Shown here: positions 1 through 14,223 of the stretch, one piece after another
How the letters are laid out: each line of letters starts with the position of its first letter
How positions within the stretch are numbered: position 1 is the first letter of the stretch
DNA from: Octopus bimaculoides
Taxonomy: Eukaryota
Reading direction: 5' to 3'
Assembly (NCBI RefSeq): GCF_001194135.2
Contig: NC_068982.1
Location: 120,041,575 to 120,080,985 of the forward strand
DNA length: 39,411 nt
Made by a program: the position numbers and the translations under genes
Notes under the pieces: model-generated
What the model saw: only the letters and a program-made list of their open reading frames with translations
Databases searched by the model: none
What the model was told of the DNA's origin: nothing

Positions 1-285
1 TATACATATATGCGTGAACGTATGTACAAAATACGTACAAAATAAATTAAATAGTGGGAGACGAATCTAACTGCAGAGCATTTAAGAGGTTATTTTGTTA
101 TTTCTAGAAACATTTTGAATCATTAGATAAAAGAAGAACTTGGCAGATTTTCGTGGAATTAGTTTATTCTGTTTGATTTCGTGTGTCTTCTTTGAAACTT
201 CTTACTAATTAAACATAAGGGGATTTCGTTAGCTTGATATAGCCTACCTTCCACTCCTGTTCCTTCATCTTCACTGTCTCTTTAT

Positions 286-328
286 CATCATCAGTATCAC
301 CATCATCATCATCATCATCATCATCATC
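286..328. repeat. (CAT)n microsatellite
   Basis: Run of catcatcat... seen directly. Confidence 0.95.
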
Positions 329-450
329 TTCTTCCTTTTGTCTTCATCTTCCTATTTCGCATTCCTTCGTCCGTTTTTATGCTTGTAAAATCTTCTCGAA
401 CTCATTCCCTATGCATTTGATTTTTGATTCAAACATATTCTTACCAATAT

Positions 451-454
451 AGAC

Positions 455-519
<65 letters not shown>

Positions 520-566
520 TGTGTGTATATATGTATGTACAATGTGCACGAATGTCTACATTCGCT

Positions 567-620
<54 letters not shown>

Positions 621-672
621 CGCGTGTTTGTGTGTGTGTGTGCGTGTGTGTGTGTGTGTGTGCGCGCGCGCG
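451..672. repeat. Compound microsatellite (AGAT)n / (TA)n / (TG)n
   Basis: (AGAT)n at about 451-519, then (TA)n and (TG)n at about 568-672. These explain the HT/YI/CV ORFs here. Confidence 0.95.
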
Positions 673-1134
673 TGTATAGTTAGTATGAATACATATATTA
701 TAGCTCTGCGTGAATGTATGTATGTATACATATATATGTATACATATACGCATGTATACCAATATATGTTTATAAATGTGTATCTACATATATATGTGTG
801 TCTGTCTGTCTGTCTGTATGTATGTATGTGTATGTGTGTATGTCGTAGATTTGCGCTTTTATGCGTGTGTCTATTTGTATTTTCCACTAATGTCTGTTGG
901 TATGCGTGTATGTCTGTACATTTCCTTCTATACTATTTGATTTTAATTCGCCTAGCCGTAAGTCAGTGTATATATTAATATTCCACTTGTGTTTGAGAAG
1001 GATGAGACTTAAAAATAAGTTAATGTATTGGTTACAACTTTTCCATTACAGATAGTATTTGCTGCGTTTCGTGTCTATGAGTGTCTCTGTGTATGTTATA
1101 TGAGTTTTTACTTACGCATGCGCACACAGAATAC

Positions 1135-1183
<49 letters not shown>

Positions 1184-2022
1184 GACACAATATTTTATTT
1201 AGGCAGAATTATACCGAAGTTAATCTGATGGCTAGAGTTTCGTACCAATGCACTTAATAAAGTTTGATAACAACATCTGACATGGGAAGGTATGTCTTTA
1301 GTAACTCTCCCGTCTTATTCTCAACTAATAAAATGTATGCATACACATATAGATGTACATACTTATATTCACGTGGACACATATATTTATATTCAGTTTA
1401 ATTTGTTAATGCAGTGTTCATCCTACCTATGTTCAATGTGTGTGAGTTATGTGAGTTTTGTTGGGCGGGACTCTAGAATGAACAAATATGTATGATTGAA
1501 TTTGTGAAGTTTACTTTAGTCTGTTTTTTATGACCTCGTACATTGTCTCGTACCCATCATGTTCATCCTAGATTTTTTTAAAAATGCTTAAACATCTTCA
1601 ATCCGTCTAAAAGTTGTACGTTTCCGTTCAGTGTTTTTCCCCTAACATTTCTTTCTTTGTAACGAAAGACCTATGGCTGATGCATATGGGGACTAATATT
1701 TCTTCCATGCTATCTCTCCTTGATATTTCTATTATTTGGAAAATTTAATATTCATACATTTCTTTTGTCTCTTTCATCGATACTGTTATGTATACAAGAC
1801 ACGACATATCAGTTTAATTGCATGCTTTGCTTTACTACTCTTCAATGACTATAATCTCGAATTATTGTTTGGCCTATTGCTGTGTCTTGTGTCAGCTTCC
1901 CTCTAAATCAATAATGTGCCACATATTTTCTCGTGTTAACACTAATGCCATTTTCTATGTGGTGTTATTTTTTAGATACCAAATCTACCGTGTGCACTGT
2001 GTGGTTGTTGTTGTTGTCGTCG

Positions 2023-2023
<1 letters not shown>

Positions 2024-2059
<36 letters not shown>

Positions 2060-2062
2060 TGT

Positions 2063-2094
<32 letters not shown>

Positions 2095-2098
2095 CTGT
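2024..2098. repeat. (TG)n microsatellite
   Basis: Seen directly. Confidence 0.95.
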
Positions 2099-3461
2099 GT
2101 TTACTATACTTGTTGTATGCGTATATGTGTTGTCTAGGGTTAGGCACATACCTCTCTGTATTATGCGATGCGTGCGTATAAATGTGTGTGTATATATGTG
2201 TACTATGTGATTTTCCTGTTTAATATATGCTGTTAGTACGTTTATGCTGCATGGTGTTTGTGTGTGTATGTGTATGTACAAGCTAATACAAAACAGCGCA
2301 AGTACAGACTAAGACTGTGTATATCTCTATGTACTGTGTGGTATGCGTGAGTGTTTCTGTATACTGTGTAGCGTTAGTATATGTGTATACTGACTGTGGT
2401 GTGTATTCTGTGGTGTTAATATGATCACAAGCAAGTCTCTGACATTTTACATCATAGAAACGTCCACTACGTTTCTTTAATGTTTCAATATTTGAGGCGT
2501 CAGACCTGAGCTTCACTCTTTTTCACTCAAATTCGCTGGTCCGCTGTTTTACGTAGGTGTCTGTAATATCACTGTCTGTTTTTCTTATTACTATCAGCCT
2601 ATTACTAAGTGATTAATTTTTTAATTCAATTCTTACCTCTATTTTGCCTTGAGTAAATTTTTAATAGCATTAACTCCTTTTGCCTCTGTTATTATTGTTA
2701 ATATCTAGCCCTAGGTTAGCTTTGATAAAGCATGGACATCTTTTGTTTTGCGACTGAATGAATCTAGAACAAAACTTCCTAATATACAGCATCCCTCTCT
2801 GTTTATTTATTTATTTATTTACTTATTTATTTATTTTCTTTTGAGAACTGTAAGGTATTTCGCCTGATATTTTTAGCAGAACCAGCAACTGATTAACTAC
2901 GTTATCATATGTACGCCTTTAAAAGATATTTTAGCTAGCTATGGAACAGCAATGCCCAGAGCATCTTATAGTCTCCCATACTACTGGAAAGAAGGGAGGA
3001 AGTTATCTTTCCTTCATTCTGAAGACCTGACACAATTGCTTACAACAGAAAGTACTCTGATTACTTTACACCTACGAAGGCTAAGTGGTGGTTTCAAACC
3101 GAGTGATGGATTAATTTTTACAACCCAGACACATTTTCTGTCTAATAAATTACCTTTGCTAGGCCTTGATGTAACTCGAGGATACAGTTGAACATATTTA
3201 TCGAAGGTGTCATGCCAAGTTGTAGGAACTAGCATAATTACGAAGGGAACCTCTAAACGACAAAGCCATGATTGGCACTAGTGCTGGACACAAATTTGTC
3301 TCCTTAATCATCACAACCATTGTTTCTTCACTAAAGTATGCTGTACCGCAGTGAAAATATTTTCGTCATTATTATTCATGTCATTAATGAGGCATAAATT
3401 TCACTTGTTGATATACAACTATACAACTATTATAACAACTAAATTAATACAGTTATTTTAA

Positions 3462-3746
3462 CCCATTACCTACCAGTGATCGAGATCATTTAAAAATTAC
3501 AATTTTTTTTAATTATCTGTCAATATTTACACATATCTAACCTTTTCGCTACATCTACTAGGTATATTTCTCTGATATTCAAATGAGGTTTGCTAATTTT
3601 TCACCCAATATCTCGCTTATTTCTATTTAAAATGTTATTTTGAAATGTTATTTTGATCGTTCCAGCGTTTTTCTAGGGCTGTTTTATGCTAGAAATCAAA
3701 GTTTCATAAAAAAATTCCAGTTAAAAGAATTATGGGAGGTAATGGG
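3462..3746. mobile_element. piggyBac-type non-autonomous element (MITE), 285 bp
   Basis: TTAA at 3458-3461 and 3747-3750. Terminal inverted repeats CCCATTACCTACCA / TGGGAGGTAATGGG match at 13/14. TTAA|CCC ends are the established piggyBac signature. No ORF inside. Confidence 0.8.
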
Positions 3747-4685
3747 TTAAAGTTGCAAACATGCATTCTTTCATGATATTTAACGACCATCTGCCGAAAT
3801 CAACAACGGATCTTACATATGTTTAGTCTCAATTCACAGTCTCAAAGTAGGATCAATCTCATCAGTTTTCAGCTCCACCACGTTGCATTTAACCATTGTG
3901 TCACAAGCGGTTCTAACTCAAGATTTTGTAATGCTAACTAGCTGTAAGTACAGTATACTGCTTTGATAATTGAGTTTTCTCCACATATTGAGATCGTTGG
4001 ATGTCATACCGAAATCATTTATTTCTGACAGATAATTTACAAGCATAGATAAATATCTATAAGTGATTACGATATATATGCAAATATATTTGTGCTTTTG
4101 CACTTTTGCTGCTATATGTATGCATGCAAAAGTGTATATAGTACCACGCACACACGTATATGCGCATATGATACGTGTCGAATAGCTGTCGAGTGTGATC
4201 AACAGTTTGCTACTTTTCATTTTCCTGTGAAGATTTGGACCATACGTATCATAGACTCATGCACACATTGACAAGCATATTAATATTCCACTCAGGTTCC
4301 ACATCCTAAACTCTGACGGCACCTCAAGTGAACGGCGCTCTGGAGAATATTAGATAGTCATCACTGCACATTCTTTCTGCCCTAATGAACAAAACAAATT
4401 ATGTAAATAGCGGCATTTGCCAGTCATTTATGCGCGTGTGATGCCCAAACACATCAATGAAAGTTCCGGTGTCAACCTTGACATGCTTCGGAAAAGGGAA
4501 AAAGTATTGAATTTTATTCTGATAGTCTTAAGTGACATGAATGCCATTCAATAATCATGTAACACCCTTTGTATAACAAGTTACAGAAAGATATGGTTAG
4601 AGATAAGACATGTGTATCATTCTCCTACGTAGATTTACAGAAACTACAAATATATGCAACTATAGAGACACATGTGTAAATATAT

Positions 4686-4787
<102 letters not shown>

Positions 4788-4923
4788 NNNNNNNNNNNNN
4801 NNNNNNNNNNNNNNNNNNNNNNNNNNNNNNNNNNNNNNNNNNNNNNNNNNNNNNNNNNNNNNNNNNNNNNNNNNNNNNNNNNNNNNNNNNNNNNNNNNNN
4901 NNNNNNNNNNNNNNNNNNNNNNN
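4788..4923. other. Assembly gap (N run)
   Basis: Ns preceded by (TA)n. Confidence 1.
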
Positions 4924-5604
4924 GTGCGTATGTTCCTTATGCATTCGGAAACTTAGTTGCCGATTTTGACGTATGCTGTATCAAAAGATTCAGTAATCTT
5001 TCGACTACCAAATAATCTTTAATTTCATTTACATATTTGCAATACAAAAATTTGACATTATAATCTGTTTATAAGTCAACTCTCGTAAATGACATTTTAT
5101 ATCACGACCATCACCACCACCACGTCACATTTTCTACATGAGTCTGTATGAGTATGTCAGTGTGTGTGTGTGTGTGTATGTGTGTGTGTGTGTGTGTGTG
5201 TGCGTGCGTGTGTGTTTGCACGTTCGTTACGATGACTGAGAAGTATATGTGTCTGTGTATGTGTCAGTCAGTATACATACGTTTTTGTGACGACTGACAC
5301 ACACACATACACACACACACACAAATACACACATAAATACATCTAAAGAAAGAGAGAGATACACAAAGAGACAGACATATGCCTGGGGTGTGCGTAAATG
5401 TATGTCTGTGTTTGTCTGTCTTAGTATATATATGTGACTGTACCATCAAACAGGGAAACGCGCCGATTTTTAAAGTGTTTAGTTTAGTTGCAGCCTGGAC
5501 GTTGAACGAACAACAGCGTTCCCTTTGAAGTACCATTTGATGTACCAATTGGGTGTCGTTGTATTGTACCAAAAGTACTGACCACTCCATTTAAATTCAG
5601 AGCC

Positions 5605-5860
5605 AAGTACTGCAGCAGCTTAGAGTTCAAAAGGATAACTCTTCAATTAACTGCCACAAAAGTTAAGAAACTTACGCAACATCGATGTAGATGTCTTCGA
5701 AAAGGAACTAGACATTTGCCACAATACCGGATATATCGACGGCTCGGCATGAAGTACAGGCGAGGGCAGCGGAGTCAGACCCCCTCCCCCCATGTACCAA
5801 ATGGCGCAACAATCGGGACAACGGCACACACAAGATTTGAAACCCCACCAACCTGAGGAA
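5605..5860 (+). mobile_element. Decayed 3' end of a CR1/L2-like LINE ORF2
   Basis: Frames give LFN*LPQKLRNLRNIDVDVFEKELD and RHEVQARAAESDPL, resembling the C-terminal 'LFN.LP..LRN....FK..LD...R.A.SNSL' tail of such LINEs. Recognised by eye. Confidence 0.5.
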
Positions 5861-5997
5861 ATCAACTGTAGGAAAACTATAAATAACAGCGCAAAATCAT
5901 GGTGATGCTCCAGGATGACCGCAACACCATGACCGCAACGAGTAAAACATAACAGATATAAATAGATACATATGTGTGTGTGTGTCTACATACACAT

Positions 5998-6072
<75 letters not shown>

Positions 6073-6934
6073 NNNNNNNNNNNNNNNNNNNNNNNNNNNN
6101 NNNNNNNNNNNNNNNNNNNNNNNNNNNNNNNNNNNNNNNNNNNNNNNNNNNNNNNNNNNNNNNNNNNNNNNNNNNNNNNNNNNNNNNNNNNNNNNNNNNN
6201 NNNNNNNNNNNNNNNNNNNNNNNNNNNNNNNNNNNNNNNNNNNNNNNNNNNNNNNNNNNNNNNNNNNNNNNNNNNNNNNNNNNNNNNNNNNNNNNNNNNN
6301 NNNNNNNNNNNNNNNNNNNNNNNNNNNNNNNNNNNNNNNNNNNNNNNNNNNNNNNNNNNNNNNNNNNNNNNNNNNNNNNNNNNNNNNNNNNNNNNNNNNN
6401 NNNNNNNNNNNNNNNNNNNNNNNNNNNNNNNNNNNNNNNNNNNNNNNNNNNNNNNNNNNNNNNNNNNNNNNNNNNNNNNNNNNNNNNNNNNNNNNNNNNN
6501 NNNNNNNNNNNNNNNNNNNNNNNNNNNNNNNNNNNNNNNNNNNNNNNNNNNNNNNNNNNNNNNNNNNNNNNNNNNNNNNNNNNNNNNNNNNNNNNNNNNN
6601 NNNNNNNNNNNNNNNNNNNNNNNNNNNNNNNNNNNNNNNNNNNNNNNNNNNNNNNNNNNNNNNNNNNNNNNNNNNNNNNNNNNNNNNNNNNNNNNNNNNN
6701 NNNNNNNNNNNNNNNNNNNNNNNNNNNNNNNNNNNNNNNNNNNNNNNNNNNNNNNNNNNNNNNNNNNNNNNNNNNNNNNNNNNNNNNNNNNNNNNNNNNN
6801 NNNNNNNNNNNNNNNNNNNNNNNNNNNNNNNNNNNNNNNNNNNNNNNNNNNNNNNNNNNNNNNNNNNNNNNNNNNNNNNNNNNNNNNNNNNNNNNNNNNN
6901 NNNNNNNNNNNNNNNNNNNNNNNNNNNNNNNNNN
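6073..6934. other. Assembly gap (N run)
   Basis: Ns flanked by (TA)n on both sides. Confidence 1.
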
Positions 6935-8066
6935 ATATATACATATGCATATGTCATTCATACGCGCACACACACACACACAGACACACACACACACATA
7001 CTGTAATCTCCACATACGATTCTGCTTTTGTGCTTAATACCTAATATCATAGTACAGTGTATAGTTACAAAAATATTCTTATTCTTAAAACATCATCATC
7101 GCCATCATCATCATTAATAGCTGCAACGGCAGTGGCATTTTAGCTCATACACCTACAAATGCATATGTATATGTTATTATATCCGTCTATGTGAATGCTT
7201 TATATATGTGTCTCTGTCTGCATATGTGTGCGTGTGTGTGTGTGCGCGTGTGAGTGTGTGTGTGTGTGTGTGTGGTTATGTTTGTGCGTGTGTGCTTATG
7301 TTTGTGCATGTGTGTGTATGTGTGCGTATGTGTGTGTGCGAGCGAGATGGAGTAGAAGAGATAAGGGTGGAGGAGAGGAACCACAGACAATTGCGACCAT
7401 GAAGAAGGAGAGTGAAATATATATACCACAAACATTCTTTCCACGTTTTGTCTCAAGCTGACATTAATATCTTTATACTGTGAACTTTTCTCCCTCCATT
7501 TTTATAAAGAGACGGATGATTGAGAGAGACAAAGAGAGGAAGAGAGAAAGGAAAGGAGAGAGCTAGAGGAAAGAAGAAACACTTGTATATAAAAATGAAA
7601 GAAACGAAAAATGGAAGACAGATAGACGGATAGAAGTAGAATGAGAGAGAAACAAAGAGAAATAGAAATATTTCCATTCGTTTTATTACAAAGAGTGTTT
7701 TGAAAATTCAAATCAAACATTATAAAAGCTACGTATTGCAACGCAGATGGATAACAGAAATGACATTTAGAGCCTTGATAACACCTCACCATTCTTTTAT
7801 TTGTTTATTTATTTATTGTTTATGTAACAACATCGGTTTAACGACAGTAAAAAGTATATGGCCTCAACACATTTGTCGTTTCTACGCTGAATATCTGTCT
7901 GTTCCGCCTCTATATGCAGCAATGTATATACGTGTATATAAGCATGTATATAGATATGTATGTGTATATGTGTGTGTGAATGTGTATATACACACACGTT
8001 ATAAATATATACGTGTATAAATGCATATATATATATTTAGTTTATGTATATATGTATGTATATATA

Positions 8067-8213
8067 NNNNNNNNNNNNNNNNNNNNNNNNNNNNNNNNNN
8101 NNNNNNNNNNNNNNNNNNNNNNNNNNNNNNNNNNNNNNNNNNNNNNNNNNNNNNNNNNNNNNNNNNNNNNNNNNNNNNNNNNNNNNNNNNNNNNNNNNNN
8201 NNNNNNNNNNNNN
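8067..8213. other. Assembly gap (N run)
   Basis: Ns flanked by TA-rich repeats. Confidence 1.
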
Positions 8214-8292
8214 TATGCATACATAAATGCATTTATACATTTATGCACACACATTGTTATGACGCACCTCATATATTCTGTATATATTTCTA

Positions 8293-8363
<71 letters not shown>

Positions 8364-8921
8364 ATACGATTTTATGCTAATATATAGATGTATATGAAAA
8401 TCTCGGATTGTATATCACAGTGAATTTATCAGAATATCTGAAAGACTGTATGGATATATAGGTTGCAAATATATGTTTCTGCAATGCATATTCAAACATG
8501 TATTACTTTTGTTTCCTACAGGAAAAAAAACAGGTTTTCGAGGGCATAACTTGGGTTTCGGCACAGTATCATCTTAATCTTAACAATGTAAACGTAATCT
8601 TCTGTACCTGATAATAGATAGAATAAAAATGATATGTTCCTACTCGTTGAATTTCAGTATATTTATATATTATTCAAACACTTTTATGACTAACTATTTG
8701 AGTTACAGGTACGGTTTATGCAACTGACGTCGACAATTTCCGTCAGCTCAGTTTCACTCACATAAGTATATATAAACCACAAAAACCACAAAATTCTGGA
8801 GGTATGAGAGGTGAATATTATATTTAACCACTTGATATTTCGGCCGTTTCGCTGTTGTTATAGCCGTACGAGTATATATGAATATTTGCGAGTACGTGTG
8901 TGTCGCTGAATGTGCCTATAC

Positions 8922-8961
<40 letters not shown>

Positions 8962-9224
8962 CCGTTAATTATGTATGTGAACATGTATCTGTAGAGTAAC
9001 GAATATCACTACCCACCTTATTCGTAAACTTACCTATACATATACACACACATACACGCACACATATACACACGCACACACGCACACACTTATTAAATAT
9101 AATTAAATATATTATCTATGCATGTTTTATTAAGCTGCAAAAAATTGTAGTTATATAAGAATTTCGATTGGTGAAATAAATTTTATCATACTATATTTTT
9201 CTTGTTATCTATAACTTTATATAT

Positions 9225-11960
9225 TGACGTCGGCTTTATCTCGCATCCGAGTATGTTTTCTTCTTTGCTGAATACTTATTTTACGGTGATACCGTTGATG
9301 ACTCTGTAGATCAATTCGTGCATAGAAGAGTCGATGTCATTGACTGCATGGTAATGTTGATGGAGAACGAGGTTGATTCTGTCGAGCCTTTCCCTACTGT
9401 CGTTTGATTTCTTCCTTTTCTCGTCTGGTGGCTTCGAAGTCTTTGGTTCCAATGATGCTGGAACACCGCCACTTTTATATGGTTTCAGGCTTGTGCTTCA
9501 AACGATTTAATCTCAATTCCAGTGGCTTTCTATGTTTCTTAGAATTGGTCTGTGTATCTTCGAAACGAGCAACGCCGTGGTCTTTTTCCTGAAGTCAGCT
9601 CACTGAGTAAGACTTGGCCTGAGAGCCTTCACTCTTCCATACTTGCCACATGATCTGACCTGTGAAGACGGTGTTTCATGATCAGTAATTCGATACTTCT
9701 ACTGTTGGCTCTTTCCAGGACTTTGTTGTTGGTGACATAGTGTTCTCATTTTGATGCTCAAGATTGAACGAAGCTTTTGTTGGTGAAAGCTTTGTAATTT
9801 TTGGATGTGACGATATAGAGTCCAGGTTTTGCAGCCATATAGCAAAGTTGAGATGACAATAGCATAATAAATCATAATTTTCCTTAATTTAAGATCCTTG
9901 TTCAAGAAGCGTTTGGCTAACTTTCCGAATGCACTATGTGTAGCTCAAATTCTGTGTTCCACATCCTTTTTTAGGAACACTTATTTGGTAAAAGGCTGCC
10001 TAGATATGGAAAATGCTCTGCTTTTTCGAGAGGTGTATCCGGGATTTTAACATCAAAATCTGTAAGATAGTATTTAGGGCTGGTTGTACAAGGACCTTGG
10101 TTTTCTTGGTGTTTAGTCTTAGGTCAAAGCATTTGTAGGCCATTAAGTTCTTCACAGACTCTTGGACTTCTTGTTTTGAATGACAGAGGGTAGCACTGTC
10201 ATCAGCATATTGAGGTTCTGAGTTATGTTGGAAATGTGTGAGTTGTTTAGATCAAAGTCTACTAAGATTGAAAAGTCTTCCATCATATCGATATCTGATG
10301 TCAGCTCCTGGATTCTTCTGACAGCATGTTTTTGGTGGAATACAGGTCCAGACATAATGTCGTGCATTGCTTGAGCCAAAGAGATTGGTTGTCGCTTTGA
10401 CAGATATTGTTATATTCCGAAATCGTCGATTGGGTGTTTCTATCTGGCATTGTACGATCCCCAGTTGTATACTGTTATTATCCTCAAAAGGTTGGATCGT
10501 AATAATGCCCACTCAATATCGCAGTATAATTACTCGATCAGTACAGACATGAGTAACAGCTCAGTCTTACTTGTACTCTATCGATACTGGCCAACGTCAC
10601 CTTACGTATAGTGACTTCTTATTCCACTCGCCACGTGGGAGGGGTGCACCATTATTACTAATTCCGTACAGTAGTCTACCAGATGCCAGTTTGGGGATCG
10701 GGCATGTATCCATGTGGTTTTGAAGCGGGTTCGAAGTCGAAATTGGGTATTCGGGATAAATAAATTGTTTCATTAGCCGATGTCCTTTGGAATTGAAATT
10801 CTCGACGCCTTCTTTACCGATGACATTTTCCGATAGGCGACGACCGCTTCCTAGCCTTGCATTGAAATCCCTTGTAACAAGAGTTTGTCCTTTAGTGGTA
10901 TGTCGACAATGATGTTACTTATTTGTGCGTAAAATAGGTTCTTTGCTTCTTCATCAGCATCAAGAGTTGGAGCATAAGCAGAAACGAGAATGATGTAATT
11001 CTCATTTGGAAATGGTAACCGAAGAGTCATTAGCCGTTGGTTGATGGCAATTGGTGTTAAATGATGGTCTCGTATGATGCAAGTTTTAATAACAAAAACC
11101 GACTCCTTGGATTCTTCTCATCCCTTCATCCCAGTGTTTCCAAAAGAATTAGCCAGAACAAGTTTTTCCGAGCCTTCCTTCTACTGAAAGCCGTATTTCA
11201 CTCAGGGCTGTGAGGTCCACATAGAGCCTAGCCAGTTCTTTTGAGACTAGAGCTGTGCGTTTTTCTGATTTGCCCATGTTGTCAATATCAGTAAATGTTC
11301 TAACATTCCATGTTCCAAAGATCATATTGGCTGTTTTAAGTTTCTTATGTTTTGACCGGGTGGGCTGCCAGGTGCGGTTTCCCAGCCAGTATTAGTAGCA
11401 ACTTTTGATGTTTTGTCCACTTTTTCTAGGACCTTCCTGGATTTAGGTGGGCAGCCATACTCCTAAAAGGCCTGCACAGACACGGATGCAAGACCGGACT
11501 CCCAAGTAGTCACTGGGTCATAGGAGAGCGACCACCATACATTCGACACCAACGTGCAGTTTTAAGACTAGAAGCTTTTAGTTTCTCCAAAACTTGCTCT
11601 CGTCATCCATTCCCTATCGCCGTTGGGCTTTGCAAGTCTTGGTCGGAAGTGAAAGACAATCAGAGAAGAATAATGTGCCAATGGCATGGATTTGCTTAAG
11701 GTTGACCTCAACTTGCCAGGTAGTAACACTTGGCTCCATGAATTTTAACTGCAGCACATATACAGTGAGACATGCAAGATTCTGTTATGAATCTGCAGCG
11801 GACTGCCACTGACACGGTTATGGTTTTAAGTGGCGCCTTCTGAAGCATGTTCGTCATCCATAGCCTTCTTTATCAGCTGGTACAGACGTTGAGATCTATT
11901 GTAGCCACCATCCGCTTGTTCCACCGTCGTTGGGATCTTTGGGAGTTGGCCTCGCTTAGT
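9225..11960 (-). mobile_element. Decayed RTE/BovB-type LINE (APE endonuclease + partial RT + C-terminal zinc finger), internally deleted
   Basis: Minus-strand motifs in order: MIFGTWNVRT (about 11296-11325), LVSAYAPTLDAD, KTTWIHARSPNWHLVDY (about 10670-10720), IRYRYDGRLFNLSRL, catalytic YADD (10198-10209), LNTKKTKVLVQP, STLLYGCKTWTLYRH, and C..xRLFYARIDLQSHQRYH (about 9285-9350). Many stops and frameshifts. The 5' UTR boundary is uncertain (11.6-12.1 kb). Confidence 0.92.
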
Positions 11961-12879
11961 CTGCGTTCTTGCCCTCGACCTTGCTGCCAAGGTCTAGCTA
12001 GATCTTGTCAAATCTGCGTACGGTTTAAATATACAAGTCTCCCATGTGCAAGTGACTAAAAACTGTCGTAATTTAGATGTGACCAGGCTCTGTCAGAGTG
12101 GAAGAAGTGCAAGACCGAAACACTTGCCTTCTCTGAAGACTTTCTGCTGTTCAGTTCTCTCCTGAGTTTCTTACTACTATATATAATTACATTATATCTG
12201 TCTCTTTACATGTATATGTATGAAGCTATGGCTTAATTTCCATGTGTTTTATTCGACTACGTGACATAAGAAAGTGCATACTGCTATAGCCATTTGGTGT
12301 TAAAACCTCGTAACAAAATTGCTTAGACCAATACCATTATAGCCTGTCAGATATTATGTATATGTAATTAAAATGCTCGGCTACACCATACACAGTGTTG
12401 TGCCTTGATTCTGCCCCATAAGAGCATTTTAGTGGAGCTGTCTGTGGAATACTCACCGTTTGAAATGCGAAACAAGGCTCAACGTTTGAATTGCACTTAC
12501 ATTCCACCGACAGACAGCTACACAGTGATGGCAATCGGCCTTCAGTCACAATCATCTACAGCAACTGTCTTTTGTCATATATAAGCGTTGGTGTGTATGC
12601 ACGTATGTAGGTGTGTTTGTGTGTGTGTGTGTGTATGTGTGTGTGATATGCAGCTGGCCTTAATTGTCATTCAGTAATTACGACATAACCTCTAATATGT
12701 ACTTGTATTTGTCTTGGTTGCTTAAATGCATGTCACTGGCCAATTTGAGTTAATATTTCTCAGTTCATTTATATATACACATACAGATAAGCGCGCGCAC
12801 ACACACACACACACACACACATATGCATACGTTCGGTGATGCAAACAGGAAAATAGGACTCTATACATGAATGTTTATC

Positions 12880-12920
<41 letters not shown>

Positions 12921-14159
12921 ATGTATGTGTGTGTGTATGTATGCATGTATGTATGTGTGTATGTATTCGAGGTAAGACACTAGATGTGCAGGACAAAATG
13001 TCTAATGTCAATTTTAAAAATGTGGAATATAGACGTTTTCCGTGAGGTATGGATCTTCGTCAGGCCCAATTTATACGTACCAAACAATGGATGATGAAAA
13101 CAACGATTATACAGGGTCAGAAGTCATTGTTCACAACTGTGAAAAAGGAACATAGCTTCAGAAAAAATAAATTCATATATATATATATATATATATACAT
13201 AAATCTTTTACTTGTTTCAACTTTAAAATTGTCGTCGACGGCTGTTCACTTTAGGTATCATCTTTACTGACCATTGCAAACTAAGATTTTCACGTATTCG
13301 ACACAAACCTTCTGAAAATACACGTCATTGCGCACACGCAAAGAAGTTCACACACGTGTAGACACACTCACAAGCACGTGAATACAAGCACACCTATTAT
13401 GTACGTACATTTCCTTACTTGTACATTTTCTCTTCTTTACACACTCATCGATGAAGATACGGGCGAGATTTCAAAACTATATTTAGTAGATAGAATCAAT
13501 TCTTCTCTAGAGTTTATCTCTAACTTCTGTATGAAGATGAAAAGTAGTTCTCGGATATCCGAAGTTACGTGGATTACTTCCATTAATATTGCACAAGTCA
13601 GAAGACAGAAAGATGAGGGAAAGAAGTATCCAGGACCGTTGAAGCGATGTGATTAAGATTTGGGGGAGATCGAACCATAGCGACGTCATTGTAGTAGATG
13701 TTTCTTGAAGCACTCAGCTCGCCTTCGAGCAGTTATGCCAACAAACAAGAGACCGCACTGTTAGCAAATATTCCAGTCGACGTATCAATCAGTCTACTTG
13801 TCTGACAATTGATATATATAGAGAAAGAGGGTGAAGAGGAAAGTGACATGATGCTAAGAGAATTTACCTTAAGTAGATTGATAGAGAGAGAGAGTGGGGA
13901 AAATACACGATGCTAAAAGAATTCATCATCGCTCAATTCATCACTTTTTTTAATTCGTCAGCCAGTCAATTTGTCGCCAGTATCAAAGTCAGTATGTCTT
14001 CAGCAAATTTCAAGCGCTTCAAAATGTTTGTTTACACTTCAAAATGTTCACATGATAAAGTCAATAGTTTCTTAACTCAGTGAAGTCCAGCAGGTAGCGA
14101 ATCATTGCTGCGAGTGTTTCTCCGTGTTTTGGCTTGGTTTTCTTTTCTGCGTCACTTAC

Positions 14160-14223
14160 ATAGATTAAAATATAACGTAAATAAGTTCCAGTGGTATTCG
14201 AGTGATCATAATGAGAACAACGC
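14160..14223 (-). CDS. Candidate 64-nt internal exon (unassigned)
   Basis: Minus strand reads tttaatgtgttttgaaatag|gcgttg...aatctat|gtaagt. One frame is open (RCSHYDHSNTTGTYLRYILIY). The acceptor is only moderate and could be chance. Confidence 0.22.

Noticed and set aside
2941-3330. Overlapping 73-79 aa ORFs on both strands in a GC-richer patch
   Set aside because: No convincing family motif. At most faint RT-like words (WKEG, GGFKP, LNIFIEGVM) suggesting an ancient LINE relic, not enough to call.
4296-4353. Possible plus-strand terminal exon (FHILNSDGTSSERRSGEY*)
   Set aside because: Only a modest acceptor, with no supporting exons or homology.
12457-12555. Minus-strand ORF MIVTEGRLPS... 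with two donor-like sites (gtaagt, gtgagt)
   Set aside because: Weak acceptor and no recognisable homology.
13445-13480. Degenerate hammerhead-like tcgatgaagat...atttcaaaac
   Set aside because: Core broken at both halves and no stem I or stem III.
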